Source of the DNA: a virus | Lineage: Duplodnaviria > Caudoviricetes | Virus record (IMG/VR): IMGVR_UViG_3300006802_000101 | Location: 1-63,512 of that record | Strand: one strand, 5' to 3' | Length of the DNA stretch: 63,512 nt | Part shown: one piece after another, positions 36,479-47,758 of the stretch | Layout: each line of letters starts with the position of its first letter | Numbering within the stretch: position 1 is the first letter of the stretch | Program-made: the position numbers and the translations under genes | The notes under the pieces: generated by a model | Seen by the model: the letters and a program-made list of their open reading frames with translations, nothing else | What the model was told of the DNA's origin: nothing | Databases searched by the model: none

Positions 36479-37212
36479 TGGCAAATAGTCACGGAAGAAA
36501 AATAGCAATAAGAGAAATTGTAAAATCTCTTTTAATACAAGAAGGTTCTTTTACCGAGCACAAAATGATGCAATATATGGATATTGCTTTAAGAGGCCTT
36601 AAAGAGCTTTCTTATGATGTTTCAAAAGATATTAAGTATGCGGTTGTTTTAGCTAGCAATAATTTAACAGTGGCTATCCCACCAGATTGTGTTCAGATAT
36701 TGAAGATAGGTTTAGTTAAAGATGGTAGGTTTGTAGATTTTGGTAGTGAAGAAAGTATATCTTTTTCTCCAGATACAACAACAGAAGCTGGTGACTTTTT
36801 TAATGACAGCGTAAACTGGTATGCCAACTACAGAAATGGAGAAAATACTGGTGGTGCTTACGGTCACGGAGGTGGTCACAAGCCAGCTTATTATAGAATA
36901 AATTCAGATAGAAACTTAATCCATCTATCTTCAGAGTTTAAATCAGGACAAGTTGCTATGGAGTATATATCAGATGGTATTAGACAAGGCGGAACATCTT
37001 CTGTTCATGTGTTTCTTGAAGAAGCAATTAGAGCATGGATATGGTGGAAGGTTACGCAAAGAAAAAGAGATACTAGTCCTCAAGAAAAAGAATTAGCCAG
37101 AAGAGATTGGTTTAATGAGAAAAGAATAGCTAAGTCTAGAATGCAGTCGTTTACAAAGGAAGAGGCATTAAGAGTAAGTAGAAAAGGAAATAAGCAAGCA
37201 CCTAAGTTTTAA
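36478..37212 (+). CDS. tail ring/tubular protein
   Basis: RGLKELSYD...IPPDCV...MEYISDG...EEAIRAWI. Confidence 0.65.
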   Translation: MANSHGRKIAIREIVKSLLIQEGSFTEHKMMQYMDIALRGLKELSYDVSKDIKYAVVLASNNLTVAIPPDCVQILKIGLVKDGRFVDFGSEESISFSPDTTTEAGDFFNDSVNWYANYRNGENTGGAYGHGGGHKPAYYRINSDRNLIHLSSEFKSGQVAMEYISDGIRQGGTSSVHVFLEEAIRAWIWWKVTQRKRDTSPQEKELARRDWFNEKRIAKSRMQSFTKEEALRVSRKGNKQAPKF

Positions 37213-37214
37213 GA

Positions 37215-40200
37215 ATGGCTAACGAAAAGAAAATATTTGTAGGGGGTATGGATAGAGACTCCGACTTGAGATTTGTCAAGAATGGAGACTATAGGGATGC
37301 TTTGAATATAAACGTATTCTCTACAGAAGAAGACGGTGAGGTTGGAGTAATATCCAACATGAAAGGTGCAGAGGAAATAAAGAGATACCTTGGTATAAAT
37401 TATTATGGAAACCAACATAAAGTTATTGGGGCTGTAGAAGACCCGTCTTTTGACAGGGTTATATTTTTTGTAGCTTTTACTGGTTTAGATGTTCCAGAGT
37501 TTTCTTTGTCTGATTCTATCGTTGAGTATAGCCTAAAAACAAATGAGTGCTATACTATTCTACAATCAGATGAACTCAATTTTAATCCTCAGTATAGGAT
37601 AAATGATGCTTTTATAGTGGGCCATAAAGAAGACTATTCTCCAGAGGGCTTTTTGTATTTTAATGATAACTACAACCCTCCTAGGAAAATAAACATAGCA
37701 GAGGAAAAATTAAATGCTCCAGCATCTTTAGCTGAGATAGTTCCTTCTTCCGGAGGTAGAAAAAAATATAAAAACATAGTAACAGGCTTTGAGTATGAGG
37801 GTGTTTCACCTACTCTACAAGGACTGTTAGGTCATGGAATCACATTACAAGAAAGAATAAATGTTGCTAGAATAGCACCATTGATAAAGCCCACTGTAAC
37901 GATTTCTACAGATAGTTCTTTCAAAGCAAACTACGTAAAAGGTAAAGCTTTTAAGTTTAAGTACAGATACCAATACAAAGATAAACAGTATTCTGCTTGG
38001 TCTCCAATATCAGAAATGATAGCCACTGAAGAAGGTACTCCGCAAACAAATGGTACATCAGCTGATTTAAGTCAGCAAAACTTAATAAAGGTAGGTATAA
38101 AAATATCTAATAGTGATATAGAGTCTGTAGAGCTAGCTGTGAGAGATTTAACAAATTCAGATACTTACGGATTGGTAGATACATTATCTTATTATAATCA
38201 AGATGGATTTTATTATGAAGGCAATAAGATAACGGATAAATTTTTAGTTGGAGGATACGCTGACACAACATTAAATCAAGAGTCGGCTACAATAGTATCT
38301 AGTAATTCTATTGTTGAATATTATTTTTATAACAACGAAATATACCCAGCTATAGATTTAAGAGAGTCAACTAAGCTTTTTAACAATATACCTATAAAAG
38401 CAAAAACTCAATCTCTTATTGACGGAGGTAGGATTGCATATGGTAATGTGGTTACGGGTAGAACCGGTCATAATCCAAAACTTAATGTTAGAAATTATGA
38501 TGCTGGTGATATAGAGACGAATACAGTGAAAGGGCCAGTTACAGCAAGTGCAAGCTGTGCTTATCGTTATAAAAAATGGAAACCTGGAAGTCAACAGTCC
38601 TTTTGTTCAAGAAGAGCGGTGTGGACATGTAATTACACTGTTAATGTTAAATTTAACGATTTGCCTGATGATATGACTTTTGGGCAATATAATGTAATTA
38701 TAAACAATCTGCCTTTTACCGCTATGTGGGGTGAAGATGTAGATGATACTGTTAATTCAGCTTTAGGATTTTTTAATTTATTCGAAAACTCCGGAAACCC
38801 ACCTGGAACACCTAGCAGTAACAATGCTGCTACTGTAGCACAAACATTTTACAACTCAGTCATTTCAAACTTAACTGGAGGACAAATATCTAGTGGAGCA
38901 AAAATAACATCAGCAAATTTTACAGGAAGCGATATGGTAAAGCTTGTTGATGCTGATAACGCATACCTTAGAGCTGGTCATGTAGACGCTGTGGATATAG
39001 CTGATAATGCAAATTCTGGGTCTGGTAATTCAAACTGTACTTTTGGTACTAGTGATTCCTACATAGAGGATAATGCAAGCTCTTTTAGTGAGCACAACTT
39101 TATATCTATAAGTGGGGATACCATAACATTTAGATGGAGTGTTCTTTTTAACTTCTACAATTATAACAGATGGAAAAGACCTAATTGGCCAGTAAGAGAC
39201 CATGGTTGTTTTGTGGGTATAAATAATTTATCTGAGTTTAATAATGATACTGGTAATAGTCACAACAGAATTAATGTCATAGCAGAACAAGTTGTATCAA
39301 ATATAAATTCTGACGTATCCTATAGTGATACTGGCGGATGGTATCCTGATGTTAGTAGCAGTGAGTTTGATTGGAGAGATTACATTGAACAACAGGGAGG
39401 CGACCTACAGGCTCAAGATACTATACTAAATATATATAAATCTGTAGTAACAAGTAACGCTACTTTGGAGGTTCAATATACTCAGTTAGGGTATAAACCT
39501 GTAGAGACTGGTTTTAAAACAGGTTCTTGGCATAATTTTGGTGTTGTATACTACGACAAACAAGGTAGAAGCTCTTCTGTTCAGGGAAAAACATCTGTAT
39601 ACATACCAACGCACTTAGAGAAAGATGATGATGCTGATGGTGAAGTTACCACAACATTAGATAGGTATGGAGTAGAATATTACATAAATAATTTACAAGC
39701 TCCATACTGGGCTGATAAGTATCAAATTGTATATACTGGAAATAGAAATATAAGAAAGTTTGAGCAATTCGTTACTGATGGATTTCATACCTCCACAATT
39801 TTTCCAGACGTTGTATTTGTAAACGCAAACCCTTTGTTTAATGCGTTAGAAACCAGTGGTGGTAAAGGTGTAGATGCTCAATTTGAACCAGGAGATAGGT
39901 TAAGAATATTAACATCAACTACAGCAGCTCTTAATGGAAAGCTTAATGATGGGCCTTTTGATTTTCAGATAGTAGATGTTGTAAAGGTTACAAAACACAC
40001 TCCTACAGAAGGTAATGAGTTGGTCGCTAATATACAACAAGCTAATGACTATACTGCGGTAGAGATAAAAGGTCACCACTTAAATGTAACAAGAACTCTT
40101 CATACTGATACAGCACTACCTGTACCGGAAAGAGATGAAACAGACCTTTATTTTGTTTTAAACAAATCTGACTTTGACCAGACAAGTGTATATACGTCTG

Positions 40201-43200
40201 GCAATAGTTTAGCTCTAGGTGGTAATGCTAAAGTTCTAGCTGATAGTCTTGTTGAGGTTTATTCATTAAAAAAAGAGGTAGATGAGGATGAATTAATATT
40301 CTTTGAGTTTGATGAAATTCATGATACAGTTAAAACAACCTCTTCTTTAATGTACGCTAATTTTACAGAAGGCTCCAGTACTGTTCAAATAGACTCTGAT
40401 AATTTAGCTGAATATCCTCAAATAGTAGAGGGAGTGGTTGTTCAAAACGCTTTAGCTTTTCCTTATGGTGCTGTTGTTGAGCAAGTTATAAGAAACTCTT
40501 CTAATCAGGTTACATCGTTTATAACTTCAGCTCCAGCTTCATTAACAGTGGATTCAGTAGGGACTTTAGAAACCAAGTTCATATCTAACACTCATGGTGT
40601 TGGTTATAATTCTGATGGAAGTGAATATTTTAAACTTACAAGACAAGGAACAAGTGAGCCTAATGGAGATGTATACACTAGGATAAGAAGATATAGAACA
40701 GATGGAGGTATTGTTTCTGCTGGTGTAGAAAGTTATCATTTTAGCGATTTTTTTAAGTCTGACTTTTGGAATAGTGGTAGGGCTAATAAAGAGCTAGAAA
40801 GTTATCATGAGTCAAGAAAACCAAATACTATAATATACACCGATTCAATAATAGGGAATACATATATCAATGGATTAAATTCATCTTTTGAAAATGAATA
40901 TTTTACCGAGTTTGATAAGTCTAATGGTACTATACAGAAAATATTTGCAAGAAACAATTACATTGTAATATTCCAAGAGGATAAAGTGTTAAAAGCTTTT
41001 GTAGAAAGAAACATGACTTTTGACGCTTCTGGTTCAGGCAACCTGGCTTTATCTAGTGAGATAATATCAAAATCAGTTCCTTACGAGTGGGAGGGAGGTA
41101 TAGGTGAGCATCCTGAATCGTTTGCTAGTTACGGTGACACAATGTATTTCTTTGATTCACAAAGAGGAGAGGTTCTTAAAATACAAAACGACAGAATAGA
41201 ATTAATATCCGATAAGGGTATGTCTTCATTCTTTTCAAATAAAGCAAAAGAATTAGCTTTAATGGGTAATAAAGCACAAATAATAGGTGCTTATGATACC
41301 TCCAAAAATGAATATGTATTATCTTTTGAAGGTGCTTTTGAAGAAGAAGTGGTTGAACTTTGTGAAGTGGCTTCTGGAGGTGAATACTGGAACTCACAAG
41401 ACACTTACAATCCTGGGGATGTTGTGAACTACGCCTTATCATCTGATGAGCAAGAGGAGTCAGGTGATTTAGCAGAAATAATATACATAGCTGTAAGTCA
41501 AAACACAAATATAGTTCCTTACAGCAACTCTAGTGTTGTTACAATTGTTTTTGTTAGTAATTCAAATGCTTTATGGAGCCCTGGTGACACTATAAATATA
41601 CCAGCTCCAGCTGGGGCTACCGCCACTACATCTGGTGTTATTACTGTAAACTCAGTGACTAAACCTGTGGCTTCTGTTTCCATTAATGCTGCTGGTTCTG
41701 GTTACGAGGTTGACGATATTTTAGCAGTTGATGGAGACCAGAATTATGATAACCCCTTACTAATAAAAGTTTCTTCTATTGGAGCAGATGGAGCTGTAAC
41801 AGGTTTAACAATACAAGATGGAGGGGACTTTACAGGTTTTAATATACCCACAACAGGATTGATTGCTGTTTCAGAAGATGGAGATGGTGAGGTAGATGAT
41901 TTTACAGGATTTGGATTGTCTGTGGATATAACATACTCTGCTGTTGGACAAATAGTAGACTACTCTTTAACATCTCAAGGTGATTACACAGCTTCTGCTA
42001 ATGCTTATACACCTAGTGTTGAGGATGGTGATAAAACAGCATCTTTACAGGTTACAACAGCTTCGGCTTGGACTGTTTGTTCCGGACTGGGAGCACAAAT
42101 AGGTTGTACAGATGATATAGCTAACAATTACTCTTCAGAGGCTATATACGATGATGGCTCATGTAATTATGATTGCCTTGGGGTTGTATTTGATGATGGA
42201 TGCGGTACTATCACTGCAACATCTACACCTTCTACCGTAAACCTAGAAGAACTTGTTTCTTTTAACCTGGTAGACCAAGCTGTAGGGAGTATAGATTACG
42301 CAATTACTAATACATGTGAGGGTTCTGGTACTGAATATCACACAGTTATTGTTAGGAATGGTCAGGTTGTTTTAATAGACCTGTATCACAATAATGAGGT
42401 AATTTACGAGAATTTATTAGCTGGATTTTATAATTTTATAACTGTAGACACAAACTCTATAGAAGCTAATTTAGGTAGTTTTACTTTGCCAGAAGGGTTT
42501 ACTGACCCTTTTGATATAGATTTACCAGAAAGCACTATAGAAGCAAATGCAGTTATATTATATAACATATTACAAGATTGCGGAGTACAAACAGAGGTTG
42601 CTGTTCAATTACTAGCCTGCGATAACCCCGCAGCTGTAAATTATGCTTCAGGGTATGGTGAGGGAATAGTTATAAATCCAACAACTATAGGTGAGCCAGA
42701 CCCTTGTACTCTTGATATATTTGGTTGTACTAACTCTTCATCCCCAAATTATGATTCAGATGCAACAGCTGATGATGGGTCTTGTATTGTATGTTCAGAG
42801 GATGATGGAACTAATAATTTATTTGGTGTGTTTGCACCTGACGCTGTAGGTATTCAAACTACAACTTTTGATATAGAGGTGAGTTTGACAGATGAAGCTG
42901 AGTACGAAGGGTGGATTCCTCAATATATCGTTACTGTTTTTAAGGATAATCAGGATGGAGAAATATTCTTCCAGCAAGAGTATACAGATATTGATGGATA
43001 CTTAGAAGTAGGGACAGGAGGCACAGTAAGTATCGAAGGTTTAGACCTTACTACAGGAGGATTAAACCCTCAACTACAGACATATATGGTTCGTGTAGAA
43101 GCGGTTGATTCTTGTACTGTAGACCAGTTTGTTACACCAGGATGGATAGGTTGTACTACTCCTGAATCTGTAAACTACAACGCTTTAGCTACGGAAGACC

Positions 43201-46200
43201 CAGGAAACATATGTGTAAATTGTACAAATGTACTTAATGAGTTTGAGGTAATTTCTTTTAATGGAACTGGCCAACCAACAGAACTTGGTGTTGCTGGAGA
43301 CTCAAACAATCCTAATAACTTGCAATTAGTATTTAGTCCTGGATTATTTGAAGACAACAATCCGGGAGTTACTATGTCTTACGAGTTTTCATTAGTTAAT
43401 GAAGATACCGGTGCTCCTATATTGGATTCTAATAGTAATCCTATAGTGCAAACTGTAGTGGGTAGTAGTAGTGCAGAATATACTGTTAACTTTGAAAATG
43501 TATTCTTTGATGGTTTAGGTGATAATAATTATAGAGCTGATATAAAAATAACATCTTCTTATTCAGATAACTCTCTAGAGTGCTTTACTGATGCTTCTAC
43601 AACTGTAGGTTTGTATGGATGTACTACTAACGTTTATTCTGGAGGAGAGTTAGATGGTTTATCAACAGAAAACTATAATGAACTAGCTACCGTTGATAAC
43701 GGTACTTGTTTCACTTGCGGTCAGTATAGTATCATCAATGTAAGTACAGTTGCTGACACTAACGGTTTAGGTAGTGGTAGTATTTCTCTTACGGTACAAA
43801 ATTTATTATCAGGCGTATATGCGATTGAAGTTTTAAATCCTGAAGGATTAGTAATAAACCCTACACTTACAGGTATAGATGGTTCAGGTTATGTTATTTA
43901 TACTTACGAGGGGTTAACTACAGGTGATTATAATGCATCACTAATACTTGATGCTCCTTATGATATTTGCGATATTAGTGAAACTATAAGTGTTTCTAAC
44001 GATATACCTGGGTGTTTAACTGAAACATCACAAAACCACCTAGTATCTGATTATGGAACTCCTAATGTTCAAGCTACATCTTTTCCTGATGCTTGTCAGT
44101 TCTGCCCTCCTAAATGTTCTTGGAGTCAAGAGACTTTAAACCCAGGAGGATTTGATGTAGTAAATAATTTTGATGGAAGACCTGAAAATATACAAGGATT
44201 CCTTTTCAACACAATAGTAAGTGACGCTTCTTCTCCTGGTGCTGTAGACGGTTCTATAAAATTCCAATTGATAAGAGGTTCATTTACAAACCCATCCAAT
44301 CCTGGTGGGCCTAATCAAGGTGCTGATTCTTGGGTTGACGCTTCTTCAGAGATTCAATCTTTTATAAATCTTATGGAGCTTGGCGGTCAGGTAAGATTTA
44401 ATTTATATAGTGACCCTGGTTACACTGAAATAATACAAACTGCGTTAGTTGGTCAAGCTGAGTTTATTGCCTTAGAAAGCAATTATGCACTTCAAACTGA
44501 TACTCCAATAGTTGTAGCTGAGTTTACAGGCTTAGATGGAAATGACAGTAGTGGAAACCCTACTGAATATTACTATCAGATTGAGTATCTACAAGTTCCT
44601 CAAGCAGAGGCTTCTTCTAATAGTTCGTTCTTTGCTAACCCTGATGCTTTTGCAACAAACAGCCCTTATTTATTGACTAACTCAGCTTGTTCTGAAGCTG
44701 ACTTCAATATAAATAATGATTCTTACTTTAGAATACAATACAAATATTTAGAGGGTTGTAGTTATAAATATGAAGCAACTATTACTGATGAAGGTTGTCC
44801 TAGTATACAAGGTTTATTTGGAGCTTTTCCTTCAAGCGTTTGGAGTGATACAAATATTAGTGCTAACAGCTTTAGTGTCGATAATGTTTTAAACATAACA
44901 CATGCTAGCATGGTGTCAGGTGATGCCACTCTTGATGACTCTGTAGGTGGAGCGTTATCTGTGACTGGTTCTAGCAGTAATCCTGGGTTCTGGGCTGATT
45001 CTGTTAACAATGGAGGCAATATAGAATATGTTAGATACCAATTAAGGGTTCAAGAAAATACATCTGCTTCTGGGTATGATGACGGTGATTTAAACGGTGT
45101 AGTTGGTCAAGTTACGGTTCAATATTCAGCTGACGGAACACCTGTAGCTTCAATTCTAAGTAACCCAAATAACGGTGTTAACCCTACTGCTTACGGTGGT
45201 GGTGTAGAATCTAATTTAACTGAAGCTGGCTCTACAGGATATAATTTTTCTTTCACAAATCTTAGACCAGCTATATATAAGCTTAAAGTTACTATTCATT
45301 TTAGTACTTCAGATATAGAGTGTGTCAAAGTGATAAATGATATTGAAGTCAAACTTTATGGTTGTAAATTTAACGGTGCTACAAACTATAATTCTGAAGT
45401 GGAGTATCCTACTGAACAACAGTTGGTTTTAGGTGATTGTGGAGCTATTTGCTGTATGCCTGATATAACTGATTGTGCTGACCCTTCTGCTACAAATGTT
45501 ATAGATGTATTTACTGATGCCTACACCAATAATGTAACATTTCAGTACGATGATAACAATATAATAACTAGTGCTTTCTCTTATGGAATATACAGCAACG
45601 CTTATCAATTTTACTGGGATATAATTAATGACGCTGATTCTTGTTATATAGCTGGATGTATGAATCCTGATGCTAACAATTACAATGCTAACGCTACAGT
45701 TCCATGTGATGAAGAGGGAACTTGGGATGTCAATAACTCGGATGACAATACATGTTGTGCTGGTTGCATAGACCCCACAGCTCTAAACTACAACTCTAAT
45801 TTCGGTAGTGATTGTTCTGGTGTTGAGGGTGGAAATAATCACGGATGTTGTAATTATTTAATTGGCGTTAGTGGAAATGTATTGAATGTAAACGATGCAC
45901 AATTTTATAATCAACATAACGAATTATTAGGCTTAGAGTATACTAGAGAATGCGACATTATATATGGAGGCCTTCAGTTTGTAAACGAACAAATTACAGT
46001 TACTGGAGTAGCAAGTATAGAGAACGGGGATGGTGAAGTGCTTTATAGTAATATATTTAGCAATGGTGTTAGCCAATTTACGGCTTTGAATAATGACCCT
46101 AACAATTCCATGGGTAGTAATATCATTAATGAGCCAATAGAAGTAGGTTTAACTTTTAATGCAAGCACTTTTACTCCTGGGACTAGTAATGGTGCATATT

Positions 46201-47183
46201 ATTATCAAATCGCTGGAATACTTAACCCTATACTTGTAGATTCAGGTAATACCTTTGCTGGTGGTGGTTCTGGTTCTCCTTTATTTCCTTATGTACTATC
46301 TAATAGTCCTTTTGCAAACCCAATAGTTCAACCTTTAAATGCTGTAGAAATAACAACTTCTAATGCGGATATAATAAATCAGGGAGGTCAAGATTGTCAG
46401 ACGGAATACCCTGTAGACACTTTCGGTGGTAATAAATGGTTCTTAAAGATGGCCTCAGCTTCTTCTTCAAGAACTGCTGCTGATGTTGTAGATGATGAAT
46501 CATTTAACGACAGGCTGTTTGAAAGTTTTGGTCTAAATAATGATGGCTCAGGAGCTGACCACAGACAGTTTATAGATTTAGAATGCTTAGACTTATTCCA
46601 TGGCACTTCTTGTGAGCCAGTTCCTCTTGGGTATGAGGTGGTTAATAACGAAGCTAGTAGTGACAACTCTAACATCGGAGTACACATTAATGAAGGTAAT
46701 GTAAAAGTTAGTCTTGTTGGTAAAGGGACATCGTCAATACATATAAGAATATTTCAGGTTGACGAAAATGGAGATGAGTTAATTTTTAATCAAGATGATT
46801 CTTTCACTTATCTTACGGTTGGAGACTCTTCTTATGAAACTGCTTTCCCAGGCGACTTTGAGCCTTTTAGTTGGGATATAAAGTATACGTGTATTGAGGT
46901 TGACTCAAGTTCAGGTACTTACACAGCAACCTTGGATGTCTTACAAAACAATGATGAAGGTAAGCGTTTCAATATAAACCATTCGCTGGAGAATATAGTT
47001 AATCTTGAAACATGGTGTCAACCTAGAATGCAAGGATTTAATAATGGCCTTGGTTATATAGAAAGTAACAACGCATGGAATATTCCTAGTATTGGTACTC
47101 CTCAAACAGCGTGGAAAGGATTATGGTTCTCTAATCAAACATCAAACTTAAACGCAAACGCATTAACTATAGAAGATATTTAA
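37215..47183 (+). CDS. tail stabilization/muzzle-like protein (N-terminal ~1400 aa) with a ~1900-aa Cys-repeat/Ig-like extension
   Basis: GGMDRDSDLRFVKNGDYRDALN, NDNYNPPRKIN, FGVVYYDKQGRSS, GTIQKI...FQEDKV, GIGEHPESFA; about 10 GC.(D/N)...NY-type repeats in the extension. Confidence 0.75.
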   Translation: MANEKKIFVGGMDRDSDLRFVKNGDYRDALNINVFSTEEDGEVGVISNMKGAEEIKRYLGINYYGNQHKVIGAVEDPSFDRVIFFVAFTGLDVPEFSLSDSIVEYSLKTNECYTILQSDELNFNPQYRINDAFIVGHKEDYSPEGFLYFNDNYNPPRKINIAEEKLNAPASLAEIVPSSGGRKKYKNIVTGFEYEGVSPTLQGLLGHGITLQERINVARIAPLIKPTVTISTDSSFKANYVKGKAFKFKYRYQYKDKQYSAWSPISEMIATEEGTPQTNGTSADLSQQNLIKVGIKISNSDIESVELAVRDLTNSDTYGLVDTLSYYNQDGFYYEGNKITDKFLVGGYADTTLNQESATIVSSNSIVEYYFYNNEIYPAIDLRESTKLFNNIPIKAKTQSLIDGGRIAYGNVVTGRTGHNPKLNVRNYDAGDIETNTVKGPVTASASCAYRYKKWKPGSQQSFCSRRAVWTCNYTVNVKFNDLPDDMTFGQYNVIINNLPFTAMWGEDVDDTVNSALGFFNLFENSGNPPGTPSSNNAATVAQTFYNSVISNLTGGQISSGAKITSANFTGSDMVKLVDADNAYLRAGHVDAVDIADNANSGSGNSNCTFGTSDSYIEDNASSFSEHNFISISGDTITFRWSVLFNFYNYNRWKRPNWPVRDHGCFVGINNLSEFNNDTGNSHNRINVIAEQVVSNINSDVSYSDTGGWYPDVSSSEFDWRDYIEQQGGDLQAQDTILNIYKSVVTSNATLEVQYTQLGYKPVETGFKTGSWHNFGVVYYDKQGRSSSVQGKTSVYIPTHLEKDDDADGEVTTTLDRYGVEYYINNLQAPYWADKYQIVYTGNRNIRKFEQFVTDGFHTSTIFPDVVFVNANPLFNALETSGGKGVDAQFEPGDRLRILTSTTAALNGKLNDGPFDFQIVDVVKVTKHTPTEGNELVANIQQANDYTAVEIKGHHLNVTRTLHTDTALPVPERDETDLYFVLNKSDFDQTSVYTSGNSLALGGNAKVLADSLVEVYSLKKEVDEDELIFFEFDEIHDTVKTTSSLMYANFTEGSSTVQIDSDNLAEYPQIVEGVVVQNALAFPYGAVVEQVIRNSSNQVTSFITSAPASLTVDSVGTLETKFISNTHGVGYNSDGSEYFKLTRQGTSEPNGDVYTRIRRYRTDGGIVSAGVESYHFSDFFKSDFWNSGRANKELESYHESRKPNTIIYTDSIIGNTYINGLNSSFENEYFTEFDKSNGTIQKIFARNNYIVIFQEDKVLKAFVERNMTFDASGSGNLALSSEIISKSVPYEWEGGIGEHPESFASYGDTMYFFDSQRGEVLKIQNDRIELISDKGMSSFFSNKAKELALMGNKAQIIGAYDTSKNEYVLSFEGAFEEEVVELCEVASGGEYWNSQDTYNPGDVVNYALSSDEQEESGDLAEIIYIAVSQNTNIVPYSNSSVVTIVFVSNSNALWSPGDTINIPAPAGATATTSGVITVNSVTKPVASVSINAAGSGYEVDDILAVDGDQNYDNPLLIKVSSIGADGAVTGLTIQDGGDFTGFNIPTTGLIAVSEDGDGEVDDFTGFGLSVDITYSAVGQIVDYSLTSQGDYTASANAYTPSVEDGDKTASLQVTTASAWTVCSGLGAQIGCTDDIANNYSSEAIYDDGSCNYDCLGVVFDDGCGTITATSTPSTVNLEELVSFNLVDQAVGSIDYAITNTCEGSGTEYHTVIVRNGQVVLIDLYHNNEVIYENLLAGFYNFITVDTNSIEANLGSFTLPEGFTDPFDIDLPESTIEANAVILYNILQDCGVQTEVAVQLLACDNPAAVNYASGYGEGIVINPTTIGEPDPCTLDIFGCTNSSSPNYDSDATADDGSCIVCSEDDGTNNLFGVFAPDAVGIQTTTFDIEVSLTDEAEYEGWIPQYIVTVFKDNQDGEIFFQQEYTDIDGYLEVGTGGTVSIEGLDLTTGGLNPQLQTYMVRVEAVDSCTVDQFVTPGWIGCTTPESVNYNALATEDPGNICVNCTNVLNEFEVISFNGTGQPTELGVAGDSNNPNNLQLVFSPGLFEDNNPGVTMSYEFSLVNEDTGAPILDSNSNPIVQTVVGSSSAEYTVNFENVFFDGLGDNNYRADIKITSSYSDNSLECFTDASTTVGLYGCTTNVYSGGELDGLSTENYNELATVDNGTCFTCGQYSIINVSTVADTNGLGSGSISLTVQNLLSGVYAIEVLNPEGLVINPTLTGIDGSGYVIYTYEGLTTGDYNASLILDAPYDICDISETISVSNDIPGCLTETSQNHLVSDYGTPNVQATSFPDACQFCPPKCSWSQETLNPGGFDVVNNFDGRPENIQGFLFNTIVSDASSPGAVDGSIKFQLIRGSFTNPSNPGGPNQGADSWVDASSEIQSFINLMELGGQVRFNLYSDPGYTEIIQTALVGQAEFIALESNYALQTDTPIVVAEFTGLDGNDSSGNPTEYYYQIEYLQVPQAEASSNSSFFANPDAFATNSPYLLTNSACSEADFNINNDSYFRIQYKYLEGCSYKYEATITDEGCPSIQGLFGAFPSSVWSDTNISANSFSVDNVLNITHASMVSGDATLDDSVGGALSVTGSSSNPGFWADSVNNGGNIEYVRYQLRVQENTSASGYDDGDLNGVVGQVTVQYSADGTPVASILSNPNNGVNPTAYGGGVESNLTEAGSTGYNFSFTNLRPAIYKLKVTIHFSTSDIECVKVINDIEVKLYGCKFNGATNYNSEVEYPTEQQLVLGDCGAICCMPDITDCADPSATNVIDVFTDAYTNNVTFQYDDNNIITSAFSYGIYSNAYQFYWDIINDADSCYIAGCMNPDANNYNANATVPCDEEGTWDVNNSDDNTCCAGCIDPTALNYNSNFGSDCSGVEGGNNHGCCNYLIGVSGNVLNVNDAQFYNQHNELLGLEYTRECDIIYGGLQFVNEQITVTGVASIENGDGEVLYSNIFSNGVSQFTALNNDPNNSMGSNIINEPIEVGLTFNASTFTPGTSNGAYYYQIAGILNPILVDSGNTFAGGGSGSPLFPYVLSNSPFANPIVQPLNAVEITTSNADIINQGGQDCQTEYPVDTFGGNKWFLKMASASSSRTAADVVDDESFNDRLFESFGLNNDGSGADHRQFIDLECLDLFHGTSCEPVPLGYEVVNNEASSDNSNIGVHINEGNVKVSLVGKGTSSIHIRIFQVDENGDELIFNQDDSFTYLTVGDSSYETAFPGDFEPFSWDIKYTCIEVDSSSGTYTATLDVLQNNDEGKRFNINHSLENIVNLETWCQPRMQGFNNGLGYIESNNAWNIPSIGTPQTAWKGLWFSNQTSNLNANALTIEDI

Positions 47184-47184
47184 A

Positions 47185-47742
47185 ATGAGTAAGACAAGGA
47201 AAATATTAGAATCAACCTACGAAGGATTTAAGATGATAGCTCAAAAGAAATACGATGAGCTAAAAAGTAAATTGAAGACCGGTGATATTGATGACTTAGG
47301 TATAGATAATGTTTTAGAGTTCAGTCAAAAGGCCAGAAACAATAAGAATAACAAAGCTAGAAGATATACTAGGGATGGTGTTAAAAACTTTTTAAACAAC
47401 AAAAAAGTAAATGGCCGTTCATCTGGTACTAACTTTAGTTATAAGACTTTGCTATTCAATAATATAAGCGGACAAGACTTAAACAATAAAAAATTCATTA
47501 GGGGGAATATGGATTCTGCTACATCTAAATCATATAGGAGAGGTATAGATTCACCTACGTTAATCACTAAAACAGCTAAGTATAAAGCTAGCAACCCTAG
47601 TGTTGGAGTAAAGAGCTCTGTGGTAACAGGAAGACAAGTAACTTCAACATCTACCGCAACCACTACTTCTGTCTCATCATATAGTGGAGGTTCTGGAAGT
47701 TCTGGAGGAAGTTCAAGCTCTGGAGGAGGCTCAGGATATTAA
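47185..47742 (+). CDS. hypothetical basic protein with Ser/Gly/Thr-rich tail
   Basis: 185-aa ORF between the two muzzle parts. Confidence 0.55.
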   Translation: MSKTRKILESTYEGFKMIAQKKYDELKSKLKTGDIDDLGIDNVLEFSQKARNNKNNKARRYTRDGVKNFLNNKKVNGRSSGTNFSYKTLLFNNISGQDLNNKKFIRGNMDSATSKSYRRGIDSPTLITKTAKYKASNPSVGVKSSVVTGRQVTSTSTATTTSVSSYSGGSGSSGGSSSSGGGSGY

Positions 47743-47758
47743 TATAAAAAAATAAGAT